A stretch of 64,000 bases of DNA from Eledone cirrhosa (Eukaryota): positions 361,584,001 to 361,648,000 of the forward strand of contig OZ024740.1 of NCBI GenBank assembly GCA_964016885.1, given 5' to 3'. The translations under genes were made by a program, and so were the position numbers. Of the stretch, positions 44,101 to 58,645 are shown piece by piece. Under the pieces are notes generated by a model that worked only from the letters and a program-made list of their open reading frames with translations, had not been told where the DNA came from and did not search any database. Position 1 is the stretch's first letter; every line of letters starts with the position of its first letter.

Positions 44101-44243
44101 TTTGTTTTTGCATGTCAGTTAGATTCAAAGTACAATGATTGGTGTTATATATACAATATTCTGTCCTACGCCATCTTGTTTTCACTCCAGATGGCGTAGG
44201 ACAGAACAAAAGAGAGGCACAAAAACAAAGAAAAGAATCCCCA

Positions 44244-44286
44244 GTCACTGAAGAGGTCACAGAATGTGTGACGAAAGAACTTTGAC
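44244..44286 (+). ncRNA. Minimal hammerhead ribozyme in a solo pLTR (44160-44505)
   Basis: gtca-CTGAAGA-ggtcaca gaatg tgtgac-GAAA-gaac-TT-tgac, identical to 48992-49034. Confidence 0.8.
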
Positions 44287-44615
44287 AATATATGAACAAT
44301 CGTCTGGTTGTGGAACCAACCAACCAACCAACCGGAAATTTATAAATTCTTAAATTTATAAATTTAATTTATAATAAATTGAAGTGAAAGCAACTGGTGC
44401 GTGTGTTTCTTATTGGCAACATGACCCTCCCAAAGCATAACAATATCGGCTTCAACATACGTTTTCAGATAAAGTATCTTGCTAAACAAAATCAGAAACG
44501 AAATATATATATAATAAAACATGTCTATAGAATCATATAGTAATAATAATTATTTAATTTATTAATTCTTCATTGAGCCACAAAGTGACCCGTTGCAAAA
44601 CACATATATATCTAT

Positions 44616-44659
<44 letters not shown>

Positions 44660-45061
44660 CTTTATATATATATATATATATACATATATGGGAGTCCGTG
44701 TATATGTGTGCATGTACATGTGTATACATAACATGTTTTCAACTTGTACAAAAATCCCCAGGGATCTAATTGACATTGTATATATATATACATACAATAT
44801 TCTAATATTCTAATAGCCATCTTTTCACCCCTAGATAATTTGTGCGTGAGACACGTTGGCTGAGTGCTTCTGACAGGAACTAAAAGATTGATTCTTTTTA
44901 GCTTCCCGTAGAATTTGTAAATCAGTGGCTAATTGAGAGATAGAGTCCTATCGGTTGCCAGTTGCTAATCGCTTTACCGTGTCGGTTGTCACAAACAGTC
45001 ATGACCGGCATGGGCTGGTGTTTAGATTCTGTCGATCGATTGGTTATTGATTAGGCGATAC

Positions 45062-45168
45062 CCGCTGATGAAGCCGCATAAGCTGATTGTGCTTGTTGCA
45101 TAATATATGCAGACAGATGGTGCAGTGCACCTTACTGCTGCATTAGTGCGGCAGAAACTCGAGTCCGG
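45062..45168 (+). ncRNA. Type I hammerhead ribozyme with extended stem II (pLTR about 44820-45315)
   Basis: ccg-CTGATGA-agccgca...tgcggca-GAAA-ctcgag-TC-cgg. Confidence 0.85.
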
Positions 45169-45313
45169 AAACCTTATAGGCACCCGTTTTACGTGTGTTG
45201 TGTTGAGGCAAATAACTATGTGTATACTCTGGTAATGTATCTTACATTGCCCATTGAGTGCGCTGAGATACAACCGGTACTGGCATTAATAAATACGCTG
45301 GGTCCGTCAACCC

Positions 45314-45369
<56 letters not shown>

Positions 45370-45395
45370 ATGTTATTATATAGTCCGTCAACCCT

Positions 45396-45488
<93 letters not shown>

Positions 45489-45839
45489 TTAAATTCAAAG
45501 GAATGACTAAGTAAATTTTATCTGGCTGTCTCTCGCGGAAGATAGTCTGTATCATTTGTCTCGGTAGAGGGTCGAACGCCATGCTTTCCAGCATAGTTAC
45601 GTCTCTTTACGATCTGAGTTCAAATCCCGCCGAGGTTGACTTTGCCTTTCATCCTTACGGGGTCGATAAAATGCACTGAGTAATTGATGGCCTTGTGCCT
45701 TATGTAGAAACAATTATTTCATCATAGTTATATTTTAAACTTATAGCATCGTTTAAATGATTATTTATCTGGTTTATTTCTACGGACTAGGGAGAGGAAA
45801 TACTGTATATATTTTATCTAATAATTCTTCAAACTTGGA

Positions 45840-45897
<58 letters not shown>

Positions 45898-46357
45898 TTT
45901 CTGAATTTGTTTAGCAAGATTCTTTATCTGAAATCGTGTGTTGAAACCGATATTGTTATACTTTGGGAGAGTCATGTTGCCAATAAGAAACACACGCACC
46001 AGTTGCTTTCACTTCAATTTATTATAATAAATTTATAAATTTAGGAATTTATAAATTTATAAATTTCTGGTTGGTTGGTTGGTTCCACAACCAGATAGTT
46101 GTTTATATATTGTCAAAGTTCTTTCGTCACACATTCTGTGACCTCTTCAGTGACTGGGGATTCTTTTCTTTGTTTTTGTGCCTCTCCTTTGTGCTGTCCT
46201 ACGCCATTTTGTTTCTGTGTGTGTGTGTTGTGTGCTCAGTCTGCGCATGCGCCACATCCGGGTGTCTGTGTGTGTTTATATTCGTTTATTTATTTGTTTA
46301 TTTACATGTTACCGGTTGGTTGTTTGTTCTATGTGCGTGTGTGTTTTCATTTTGTCC

Positions 46358-47569
46358 TTAATTGTAAGTTGTGATGTTGCTGTTCCACTCATATTTTCTA
46401 TTTAATTTTGGTTGTAATTCTTTTATGTTTATTGCCTCTGTGATTTGTCTAAACATTGCGTCTTTTCTGTGTGTAGACTCTATTTTTATTTCTATGTTCT
46501 CTAATTTACCCGTATGTTCTATTTTAGCATGTTGGTAGAGTACAGATGATTCTTTACTATCTTGAAGGTCTCGCCAGTGTTCATTTATCCGTTCCCCTAC
46601 ACTACGAGCTGTCTCACCTATGTACACTATATTTTTGTCTCTACATTGTCCTTCAGTACATCTTATGCTATACACTACATTTCTAGTTTTACAGTTAATA
46701 TGGGGGCTTATTTTACAGGTTATACATTTCTTATCTATACAGGATGGTCTTTGAAAAGGGTATGTCTTGCTAATAAGTGTTTTTACGGAGGTACCTGGTC
46801 TTTCTACTATCTTAATATTGAGTTTATGTTTATCTAGGGCCCTTCTAAATTTGTAAGCTAATTCACCTCTAGGGGTTGTATCGATGAACATTACACTCTG
46901 GTATTTATTGCTATCATACCATGAGTTTATTCTATTAGCCTTATTCCTAGTTCTTTCTATTCTATTCCAAAATTTGTTCCTATACAAGGGGCAGGTCCCA
47001 TTTGTGTCATTATTTACCATTTTTTCCCATTTGGTTCTGGCTCCTCTATACACTCTGATTTTATCTCTCTGATTGTAACCAGAGAACTGCATACGGTGGA
47101 TGAAGTGTTGTATGTGTCTCTCTAGTTCTTCGGGGTTGCACATGCGGGACACGTTTCTCATCACCCGTACCAGATTTGCAATCAGTATGTTGATTTTGGT
47201 ATGGTCCGAAATAGCCGAGTTTCGGTGGATCAGATGTTTGGAAGTCATGGGTTTGGCATAATGGGAATGGAGGATTTGTTTTTTGTTATTAATGGTATCT
47301 AACCAGAGCTCTGTGTCTAGTACAGGTAATCGATGGTTGGGGTGTTTACTTGGGTAGTCTATAGTAACTCTAATACTCTGGTGGATGGAGTTAGTTATTT
47401 GCTGGATGCTTTCCATTGTGTTTTTCTCTAGTTCCTGACTGTTCTCTAGTGGGGGTGTCTTAACTACGATGTTTATATCATCAACGTAGCGGGAGTACAT
47501 TATCAGGGTTAAGGGGTCTTCTAATTGTTCTTTAAGTTTAAGTTTAAGTCTACTGTCCCACCATACCAT
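46358..47569 (-). CDS. Penelope-like RT (from YVDD) plus Cys-rich linker plus GIY-YIG endonuclease, 403 aa, 5'-truncated
   Basis: YSRYVDD, LPVLD, CxxxxCxxC..C linker, NVVYSIRC..YIGETARSVGER.NEH, RQITEAINI. Confidence 0.85.
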   Translation of the reverse strand: MVWWDSRLKLKLKEQLEDPLTLIMYSRYVDDINIVVKTPPLENSQELEKNTMESIQQITNSIHQSIRVTIDYPSKHPNHRLPVLDTELWLDTINNKKQILHSHYAKPMTSKHLIHRNSAISDHTKINILIANLVRVMRNVSRMCNPEELERHIQHFIHRMQFSGYNQRDKIRVYRGARTKWEKMVNNDTNGTCPLYRNKFWNRIERTRNKANRINSWYDSNKYQSVMFIDTTPRGELAYKFRRALDKHKLNIKIVERPGTSVKTLISKTYPFQRPSCIDKKCITCKISPHINCKTRNVVYSIRCTEGQCRDKNIVYIGETARSVGERINEHWRDLQDSKESSVLYQHAKIEHTGKLENIEIKIESTHRKDAMFRQITEAINIKELQPKLNRKYEWNSNITTYN

Positions 47570-47578
47570 AACTTATTC

Positions 47579-48790
47579 ATGGTATGGTGGGACAGTAGAC
47601 TTAAACTTAAACTTAAAGAACAATTAGAAGACCCCTTAACCCTGATAATGTACTCCCGCTACGTTGATGATATAAACATCGTAGTTAAGACACCCCCACT
47701 AGAGAACAGTCAGGAACTAGAGAAAAACACAATGGAAAGCATCCAGCAAATAGCTAACTCCATCCACCAGAGTATTAGAGTTACTATAGACTACCCAAGT
47801 AAACACCCCAACCATCGATTACCTGTACTAGACACAGAGCTCTGGTTAGATACCATTAATAACAAAAAACAAATCCTCCATTCCCATTATGCCAAACTCA
47901 TGACTTCCAAACATCTGATCCACCGAAACTCGGCTGTTTCGGACCATACCAAAATCAACATACTGATTGCGAATTTGGTACGGGTGATGAGAAACGTGTC
48001 CCGCATGTGCAACCCCGAAGAACTAGAGAGACACATACAACACTTCATCCACCGTATGCAGTTCTCTGGTTACAATCAGAGAGATAAAATCAGAGTGTAT
48101 AGAGGAGCCAGAACCAAATGGGAAAAAATGGTAAATAATGACACAAATGGGACCTGCCCCTTGTATAGGAACACATTTTGGAATAGAATAGAAAGAACTA
48201 GGAATAAGGCTAATAGAATAAACTCATGGTATGATAGCAATAAATACCAGAGTGTAATGTTCATCGATACAACCCCTAGAGGTGAATTAGCTTACAAATT
48301 TAGAAGGGCCCTAGATAAACATAAACTCAATATTAAGATAGTAGAAAGACCAGGTACCTCCGTAAAAACACTTATTAGCAAGACATACCCTTTTCAAAGA
48401 CCCCCCTGTATAGATAAGAAATGTATAACCTGTAAAATAAGCCCCCATATTAACTGTAAAACTAGAAATGTAGTGTATAGCATAAGATGTACTGAAGGAC
48501 AATGTAGAGACAAAAATATAGTGTACATAGGTGAGACAGCTCGTAGTGTAGGGGAACGGTTAAATGAACACTGGCGAGACCTTCAAGATAGTAAAGAATC
48601 ATCTGTACTCTACCAACATGCTAAAATAGAACATACGGGTAAATTAGAGAACATAGAAATAAAAATAGAATCTACACACAGAAAAGACGCAATGTTTAGA
48701 CAAATCACAGAGGCAATAAACATAAAAGAATTACAACCAAAATTAAATAGAAAATATGAGTGGAACAGCAACATCACAACTTACAATTAA
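47579..48790 (+). CDS. Penelope-like RT plus GIY-YIG endonuclease, mirror arm, 403 aa
   Basis: Same motifs, with six amino-acid differences from the left arm. The ORF-track extension to 47525 is read-through of the hairpin centre. Confidence 0.85.
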   Translation: MVWWDSRLKLKLKEQLEDPLTLIMYSRYVDDINIVVKTPPLENSQELEKNTMESIQQIANSIHQSIRVTIDYPSKHPNHRLPVLDTELWLDTINNKKQILHSHYAKLMTSKHLIHRNSAVSDHTKINILIANLVRVMRNVSRMCNPEELERHIQHFIHRMQFSGYNQRDKIRVYRGARTKWEKMVNNDTNGTCPLYRNTFWNRIERTRNKANRINSWYDSNKYQSVMFIDTTPRGELAYKFRRALDKHKLNIKIVERPGTSVKTLISKTYPFQRPPCIDKKCITCKISPHINCKTRNVVYSIRCTEGQCRDKNIVYIGETARSVGERLNEHWRDLQDSKESSVLYQHAKIEHTGKLENIEIKIESTHRKDAMFRQITEAINIKELQPKLNRKYEWNSNITTYN

Positions 48791-48991
48791 GGACAAAATG
48801 AAAACACACACGCACATAGAACAAACAACCAACCGGTAACATGTAAATAAACAAATAAATAAACGAATATAAACACACACAGACACCCGGATGTGGCGCA
48901 TGCGCAGACTGAGCACACAACACACACACAGAAACAAAATGGCGTAGGACAGCACAAAGGAGAGGCACAAAGACAAAGAAAAGAATCCCCA

Positions 48992-49034
48992 GTCACTGAA
49001 GAGGTCACAGAATGTGTGACGAAAGAACTTTGAC
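48992..49034 (+). ncRNA. Minimal hammerhead ribozyme in Penelope pLTR (mirror copy 46112-46154 on minus)
   Basis: gtca-CTGAAGA-stem II-GAAA-gaac-TT-tgac. Confidence 0.8.
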
Positions 49035-49214
49035 AATATATAAACAACTATCTGGTTATGGAACCAACCAACCAACCAACCAGAAATTTATAAATTTATA
49101 AATTCCTAAATTTATAAATTTATTATAATAAATTGAAGTGAAAGCAACTGGTGCGTGTGTTTCTTATTGGCAACATGACCCTCCCAAAGTATAACAATAT
49201 ATATATATATATAT

Positions 49215-49345
49215 AAATATATTTATTAAAATAACCTATTAAAGTTTAAGCAAAGAATCGCTGCTTTCACTCTTAACGGGATCCCGTTAAGGGTGAAAGC
49301 AGCGATTCTTTGCTTAAACTTTAATCTGTTATTTTAATAAATATT
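49215..49345. mobile_element. Fold-back pLTR with half hammerhead
   Basis: Palindrome centred on GGGATCCC near 49281; GAAA-gca..tgc-TT-aaac. Same family as 58575-58645. Confidence 0.75.
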
Positions 49346-49440
49346 TGCACTACGGTTCTTATATATTTGATATATATTTATCCTTATCGAGCCCTCTTTG
49401 GATTTTAGTCTTCAAATTTATTATTATTACTATATATATA

Positions 49441-49539
<99 letters not shown>

Positions 49540-49549
49540 TCTATATATG

Positions 49550-49580
<31 letters not shown>

Positions 49581-49589
49581 CTATATATG

Positions 49590-49730
<141 letters not shown>

Positions 49731-49753
49731 GTATATATATCTATATATATCTA

Positions 49754-49854
<101 letters not shown>

Positions 49855-49905
49855 GTATATATATATATATCTCTATATATATATGTATATATGTATATAT
49901 ATATG

Positions 49906-49991
<86 letters not shown>

Positions 49992-50619
49992 CGTATATAT
50001 ATATATATGTATATGTATGTATATATATGTGTGTATGTATATATAAATATACATATATACACCACATTCATCACTAATTGATTTGACAGATGTCTTTAAT
50101 TAACCCATTGATACCAAACATTATTTGGTCATGGCGGTGGATTGGCAGTATCAGTAGAGAGTCGGACACCATGCTTTGAAGCATAGAGTTACGTCCCTTT
50201 ATGATCTGAGATCAAATCCCGCCAAAGTTAACTTTGCTTGGATTTTGCTGGCCTTGTGCCAAAAGTAGAAACAATTATTTGGTCAGTGCTTCGGGTGCAT
50301 GAGTAAGTATATATATATATATATATACGACGTGCTGTGACCAGCGGCGCCGATTGGCGCTCGACAGACATGTCGGTCAAGGTGATCAAGGTGATATACA
50401 TATATGCTTATGTGTGTATGTATATATATGTATGTTTGCATGCATGAATGAATACACTAAGCTCTAGATCTAGTAGAATGTACAACCATTTATTCCAACT
50501 ATTTGGTTTCTATTAATTCCCTGGGGAATTGATTGACCAAATGCTTTGCTTAATTGTTTTATTTATTTAAAAAAAAAAAAATTCATTTTTTCTTTTAGAC
50601 TTCAGGCTTTTTGAAGGCT

Positions 50620-51597
<978 letters not shown>

Positions 51598-52371
51598 ATA
51601 TATATTATTTGTTTGTTAAAATAATCAAATTAAATTAAACACACAGAAGATTGACAAGACGACCCTAATATTACTAATAGCTCTAGGAAGGCCATGAACG
51701 ATACCACATATTTTTAACTTTTATTTTTAAAGTCGGTTTATAATTATTAATTTTCTTTTCAATTTCGTATCTGTCTCGGCGGCCTAGTCGAAGGAATTGT
51801 AGACGGTGGTGAACCTGGTCTGAAGTTCGATCCTGGTCTGGGGTAGTGTTCCGGGTAAACCTTTTCAGTTTTTTTCTATGGGATGTAAAATAAAAACTGA
51901 ACAGGGTTACAGGTACATCTTAATCAGGACTGAACCCAAGACCAGGACCTCCACCATCTCTACTACCTACCGCTGGGCCAGAGGGACAACTACGATTTTC
52001 GTAGTTGTCCCTGTGACCTGAAAATTCATACTTACTTATAAACCTACTTTCAAAGTTTTCAAAACAAAATGATGTGGTGTTGTTCATGTCTTTCTTAATG
52101 TTATTGCTCCTAGTTAAGGTCGACTTTTAAATCATTTGGGTGTTCCATAAATTACATCCTCGTTTTGTTTCTCATTTATCTAGACTATATTTTAACCTAT
52201 AATACATGTTTCATTTCTGTTGCACCTCATTTATTCCTCAACCCACTCACTTTGTCATGTTTGAATCTACTGTGATTTGGGCTTACCTTATTCATATATT
52301 TATGATTAGCATTATATATATATATATAGATAGATAAATATACACGGGTGTGTATGATTGTGTATTGAAGA

Positions 52372-52589
52372 TTATATTAATAAAAGGAATTCCAACTTTG
52401 TCTGATTTACTCGTTTTATTTACAATCCTTTAAAATTTATAATGGTATTAGAATGAAATAGTATGGTAGAATATTAGTTGTTTAGAATATTAGTAATATT
52501 CTACCATACTATTTCATTCTAATACCATTATAAATGTTAAAGGATTGTAAATAAAACGAGTAAATCAGACAAAGTTGGAATTCCTTTTA

Positions 52590-52595
<6 letters not shown>
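52372..52595. repeat. Inverted repeat of about 105-bp arms ending in (TA)n
   Basis: 52372-52477 is the reverse complement of 52493-52596. Confidence 0.85.
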
Positions 52596-52679
<84 letters not shown>

Positions 52680-52687
<8 letters not shown>

Positions 52688-53660
52688 GAAACACACAGAT
52701 ACATGCGGACACACACATATATACATGAATGCATCCGCACCCAACTGTGAGTTAAGGGTGCCAACTTCACCGATGTTGCTCAATGAATGACTGGGACAGA
52801 CTAATTCAGTTTGAACCAGACTGAACCAGTATCAGAGTTAAAAATACATTATGAAGAGAGAAGAAACATTTAGATATAATTAGTAATAAAATGTATCATA
52901 CCTAAACTGTTCCTAAATTCCTCGACTACGTAGTTTCGTGGCATAAACAAAAACAATATATCAAAGATATTATGCCACGAAACTACGTAGTCGAGGAATT
53001 TAGGAACAGTTTAGGTATGATACATTTTATTACTAATTATATCTAAATGTTTCTTCTCTCTTCATAATGTATTTTTAACTCTGATACTGGTTCAGTCTGG
53101 TTCAAACTGAATTAGTCTGTCCCAGTCATTCATTGAGCAACATCGGTGAAGTTGGCACCCTTAACTCACAGTTGGGTGCGGATGCATTCATGTATATATG
53201 TGTGTGTCCGCATGTATCTGTGTGTTTCTAAATATATTAATAACTCCCTCTGGTCGAGCAATCTTTGAAGTGTGGGGACAACTGGAAAGCTTCCATTACT
53301 CATACTTCTCGCCTTCTTCACTACCTCTTCTACGGCCTCGATATGAATACCCCCTCCGCCTCCGTGGTATTTTCTTCGTGGTTATAAGAGGCTTAGCTCT
53401 GTTTCTCGACCGTTATATCGCGTGACTGTCTCCCCCTCCGCCTTTTGGGATTCTTTCTCACGTCGTGTAGACGCGTTCTTGAGACTAGTAAAATGAGGTA
53501 TCCTCTTGATAAGTCGGCAGACCTCGCAAGGACTCTATATCTTTGATATATTGTTTTTGTTTATGCCACGAAACTACGTAGTCGAGGAATTTAGGAACAG
53601 TTTAGGTATGATACATTTTATTACTAATTATATCTAAATGTTTCTTCTCTCTTCATAATG

Positions 53661-53662
<2 letters not shown>
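52680..53662. mobile_element. pLTR arranged inverted, direct, direct (Penelope-type), no intact ORF
   Basis: 52680-52935 is inverted to 52960-53235, and the segment is repeated again at 53537-53662. Confidence 0.8.
53501..53588 (+). ncRNA. Hammerhead ribozyme, U3-A8 core variant
   Basis: tcctc-TTGATAA-gtcggca...tgccac-GAAA-ctacgtag-TC-gagga. Confidence 0.8.
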
Positions 53663-53759
<97 letters not shown>

Positions 53760-53847
53760 ATATTATATATAGAGTTATAAACTCAAATAGTCTTTTACAA
53801 TTAAATAACTCAAAGAAAGGAATATTTGTGAGCCGTGTAATACCAAT

Positions 53848-54224
53848 GAATATATGATAGGGATAAACACTGATACAAGTATACATGTGTTCGCATTGCA
53901 AATGACCAAGTTAGCTAGATTGAAAAATACTAATTAAAATAATACGGTTTGCCTGTCTCGATTTAAAATAATAAATCAATAAAAACAAACCTATATTGGC
54001 AATAGCCGTGAGGAATAGAGCACAGGAATAGGAACTTTCACTTAATTGTTGCGAAACAAATTTAAAATTTGTTCAGGTATCACGGCTATTGCCAATATAG
54101 GTTTGTTTTTATTGATTTATTATTTTAAATCGAGATAGGCAAACCGTATTATTTTAATTAGTATTTTTCAATCTAGCTAACTTGGTCATTTGCAATGCGA
54201 ACACATGTATATCCTATCATATAT

Positions 54225-54226
<2 letters not shown>
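53848..54226. mobile_element. Fold-back pLTR with half hammerhead in the spacer
   Basis: About 53880-54011 is inverted to 54080-54212; gc-GAAA-caaatttaaaatttg-TT-cagg. Confidence 0.7.
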
Positions 54227-54296
<70 letters not shown>

Positions 54297-54299
54297 ATA

Positions 54300-54342
<43 letters not shown>

Positions 54343-54821
54343 TGGCGGCCTGGATCAAAGAATATTGGTTTCCAGAAGATGTTGCTTTTCCAACGCTCAG
54401 ATTATATTTTTAAATTTAGAATTTCTCCTTTGACCCTTTCACGGGATCGTCAGACTGTGAGATAATTTAAAACCTTTTAGGTAGACACGTGCCAACATCC
54501 ACTTTTCTAAAGAATCAAATCATATACAAAACGCCAGCACCAACAATTTTGCTAGAGATGTCAACATGAATGGACCTATTATTTTTACCTAAAGACATTT
54601 TTCTCCAATTCCATCCCGCCCCTCCCCTTAATCTATTTTATTTCTCATTCTTTTTTCTGAAGAAGCACTAGCGTCTCAAACGTTAAGACCATCTTCCTGC
54701 TATATCAAGTGTTAACCTAATATATACCTTCCATATACTGTACCGATTGTGTTGTTATTTCTGTTTACCTTTTTACACACACACACACACACACACGCAC
54801 GCACACGCACGCACACACACG

Positions 54822-54997
<176 letters not shown>

Positions 54998-55131
54998 TGT
55001 ATTTAATATAGAAATGGCTTCTACATGACTAGAACTGCTTCATCAGGAATATGCGTATGCTGTTGACGGCTGAGAGAAAAGAGTACTCAATACCGATATA
55101 TTGTCTGATATATATCCGTATATATCAGACT

Positions 55132-55172
<41 letters not shown>

Positions 55173-55364
55173 GCATAAGTATATATCACACACACACACA
55201 CACACATATATGCATAAGTATTTATATACATATATATGTACGTCTGTGTGTGTGTGTGTGTGTAGTTATACGTACTCTTTTGTATGCATATAAGTATGTA
55301 TGTATATGTATGTATCTATATGTATGTATGTTTATAATATGGTTTAATGCTGGTCTCCATAGAT

Positions 55365-55421
<57 letters not shown>

Positions 55422-55452
55422 ACTAACAGCACATACACACTCACGCACACAC

Positions 55453-55490
<38 letters not shown>

Positions 55491-55513
55491 TATACGAATA
55501 TATATATATATGT

Positions 55514-56114
55514 GTGTCGGGTCACTCTTGAGTGCAACTGGTAACATGTAACCCAGTATAACCTGTCGCTTGGTCGGGTCGTCGGCGACTAAACCGGCAA
55601 CCCCACCAAGTTTACTTGGTGAGGAGGGTGATTTTGGACACCCTGCAGGACAAAAAACAAAACCTGACAAAAGGCGGAAGAACTCATAAGAGTCAACGGC
55701 CATCCCAAAGTGTGTAAATATGTATATACGCATGTACATATGTATATATATGTATATGTATATGTATATGTGTATGTATATGCGCGGGGACATAGAAATA
55801 GTCGGGCTGGACACCCGATCGCGCGGTTAAACCACTGGGAGTGAAGGACCCCTAGCCTTTGTCAGGGCATTCTTCTAGGAGAAGGCAACTCAGGAAACTG
55901 GGATAACTCCGATATAAAACCTGCGGCTCAGTAGTTACCGATAATCTTGATCTTTTCTTCTTTTCGGGTTATAGCTACTGTCGCTCAGAGCACAGTCATT
56001 CCTCACTTTAAAAAATATCTTCACGCACAGGCATTGCACGATAGAATTAATTAATAATTATTAATAATGGTATATCGTGCAATGACCATACTCGATAACG
56101 AGGGGGCAGCCATC
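55514..56114 (+). mobile_element. Non-autonomous RTE-derived element, subfamily 2
   Basis: Homologous to 15805-16345. Confidence 0.78.
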
Positions 56115-56148
56115 ATATATATATATATATATATATAGCACAGAGAAA

Positions 56149-56315
56149 ACGAATGGAATTTATTGGACATATTGCATTCGTTTATCTGGCGACCAGCTCA
56201 AGACGTATCTGAGGACCTTGCGATTTTCAGAGTCAGGTTCGATCATCACATCGATCGTGCCTCGAGCTGGTCGCCCGAGAAACAATTGTAATATGTCCAA
56301 TAAATTCCATTCGTC
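56149..56315. mobile_element. Diverged fold-back with half hammerhead
   Basis: cgaatggaatttattggacatatt / aatatgtccaataaattccattcg; GAAA-caattg-TA-atatg. Confidence 0.6.
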
Positions 56316-57017
56316 GCAACACTGATTCTCTTTTTTTCTGTGATATCATACTCTGCTCTATGAGAGCATCGAGTGCTCATACAGCCTACCGCAGGCGGAC
56401 GCTTTAAGCATCCAACACCAATTATATATATATAAATGAGAGTAGAGAAATTAATGTAAGCAAAAAGCCTATAATAATTAGACATATAAGTGACTATAAA
56501 CATTAAGATGAAACATTTTTAACGAAAGATATGGGATAAGTAATAATATCTTAATTCAAGAAAATCAAGAAAAAATACTTAACCTTCAATTTGGGAAAAC
56601 TACAAATGCAGTATATAGTCTTAAAAGAATATTTCACGAAACTTTTCAGTGGGGTTAGTCACGGTTGTCACCGCTCATCAATAGTGCTCAAACACTTTAA
56701 CTAAATCGCACTGCTACAATGTCGGGGTGAAATGGAAGCAGGCAAGCAAACATCGTGTAGAATTGAAATAACAAAAACACACGTGGACACTCGCTATTAA
56801 TGCCGGGATGAGACGAAAATCTGTTCATAAGAAACAGCAGTCAAAACATTCCGAAAAAAGTCAACAAAGATATGGAGTTCAGCCTAAGCAATATTATCGC
56901 AGTTTTTTTAATACTGGGGTTAGTCACAAATATTAATAAGCACTCAAGGGAGGCTCCGAGTAAAATATATAAATGAAAGTAGAGAAATTAATGTAAGCAA
57001 AAAGCCTACAATAATTA

Positions 57018-57066
<49 letters not shown>

Positions 57067-57514
57067 GAATATAAATGCGACTTGAAACACATCTCTCTCT
57101 CTTCCCCCCCCCCACACACACATATATATGTATTAGTAAAAGTAGAAGATGGACCACGGTCTCGGCGGTTTCGGCTAGTCACCCTTTCCAGGTGTGTGTT
57201 TATATATATATATATATTTCCAAACATGAACTTGCTATTGGCATCCAATAATAGTTTCTAGTTTTTAAAGTAAGCTACACACTTCCCAGAATATCATGTG
57301 ACTGTAGTAGCTGTAAAAGCAAAAACATATGTTCGCCATTAAAACCCTTACTGATAATGTACGGAATACTTCACCACTATATGAATATTTGAAAATCTTT
57401 GAAGATAGACTGCCGAAATAATCTATGTAGAAACACTCTTGCTACTACATTACTACTACTAGCTAGCTAGGGTGTTTGATTAGCGTATTTAGCTTCAGTT
57501 GAGTTTTAGATATA

Positions 57515-57973
57515 ATGGTTTCTGATTTAGGCACAAGGCCAGCAATTTTGGGGAGGGGAAAGTCGATTAAATCGACCCCAGTGTGTTACTGGTACTTTAT
57601 TTTATCGACCCTGTAAGGATGAAAGGCGAACTTAACCTCGGTGGGATTTGAACTCAGAACGTAAAGGGCCGTAACTTTATGCCACGAAGCAGGCTATTCG
57701 CCGCTCAACCGATACTGCCAATCCGCCGCCCTCATTACAATATAATAATAATAAAAATAATATTGATTCTAATTTAAGCACAAGGCCAACAATTTTTTGG
57801 GGGGAGGGGAAAGTGGATTAAATCGACATCACATCATTACTGGTGCTTCATCTGATCGACCCCGTAAGGCAAAGCTAACCTCGGCAGCATTTGAAATCAG
57901 ATCGTAAAGGAGCGTAACCCTATGACATAAAGCATGTTGTCCGACGTCCTACCGATACTGTCAATTCACCGCC
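57515..57973 (-). mobile_element. Two tandem SINE copies
   Basis: Main family motifs at 57515-57731 and 57762-57973. Further copies at 43445-43541, 45562-45716, 50131-50277 and 60848-61039. Confidence 0.88.
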
Positions 57974-58490
57974 CTCGGTACAATATAATAATAATATTAA
58001 TAGTAATAATAAAAGCCCACGGCAACCATTTTAAATCAATCATCGAAAAGACGACTATAATTTCTGTTATACGGTGTCACAGCTCTTTCTTCCCTACCAC
58101 CTCTCTCTGCCTCTCATTTTCTCTCTCTTACTCCCCATCTCTCTCACCCCACTCTCTCTCAACCCCCCTCATACAGCTATAGATTATAACGATATAACAT
58201 AGCATTTGTTATTTGTTTTACACATGATTTCTCGTGATAATCATGCTCCAAATGGTGTTAAAACGACACCGCAGTTGCAAACACGCTTCATAAGACCCAT
58301 TGTTGTAGTGCACCTGAGCACTGTACACAATAATTTCATTATTATTATGCATTAGAATGTAACTGTTCGATAGTCTGTGTTAGCTCACAGGAAGTTTACT
58401 TTGACCGAGAGAGAAGGAAAGGAACAACGGAAGGACAACAACCCAACCATTCTATATTAAGGTAATGGAAAGGGCCCTTAACTCCTGGTT

Positions 58491-58575
<85 letters not shown>

Positions 58576-58596
58576 TTATTAAAATAACAGATTAAA

Positions 58597-58645
58597 GTTT
58601 AAGCAAAGAATCGCTGCTTTCACCCTTAACGGGATCTTCTGAAAC
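58597..58645 (-). ncRNA. Hammerhead motif with U4A change (CAGAAGA)
   Basis: Minus strand: gttt-CAGAAGA-tccc gttaa gggt-GAAA-gca..tgc-TT-aaac. Confidence 0.6.

Larger units (their letters stand above)
45895..49200. mobile_element. Head-to-head palindromic Penelope-like element (arms about 1.6 kb, 9-nt loop 47570-47578)
   Basis: The left arm is the reverse complement of the right. Both carry the RT C-terminal half, GIY-YIG and pLTR, and both end in (TA)n. Confidence 0.95.

Noticed and set aside
47525-47578. N-terminal extension of the 421-aa ORF
   Set aside because: It is antisense of the left arm plus the loop, not genuine Penelope coding sequence.
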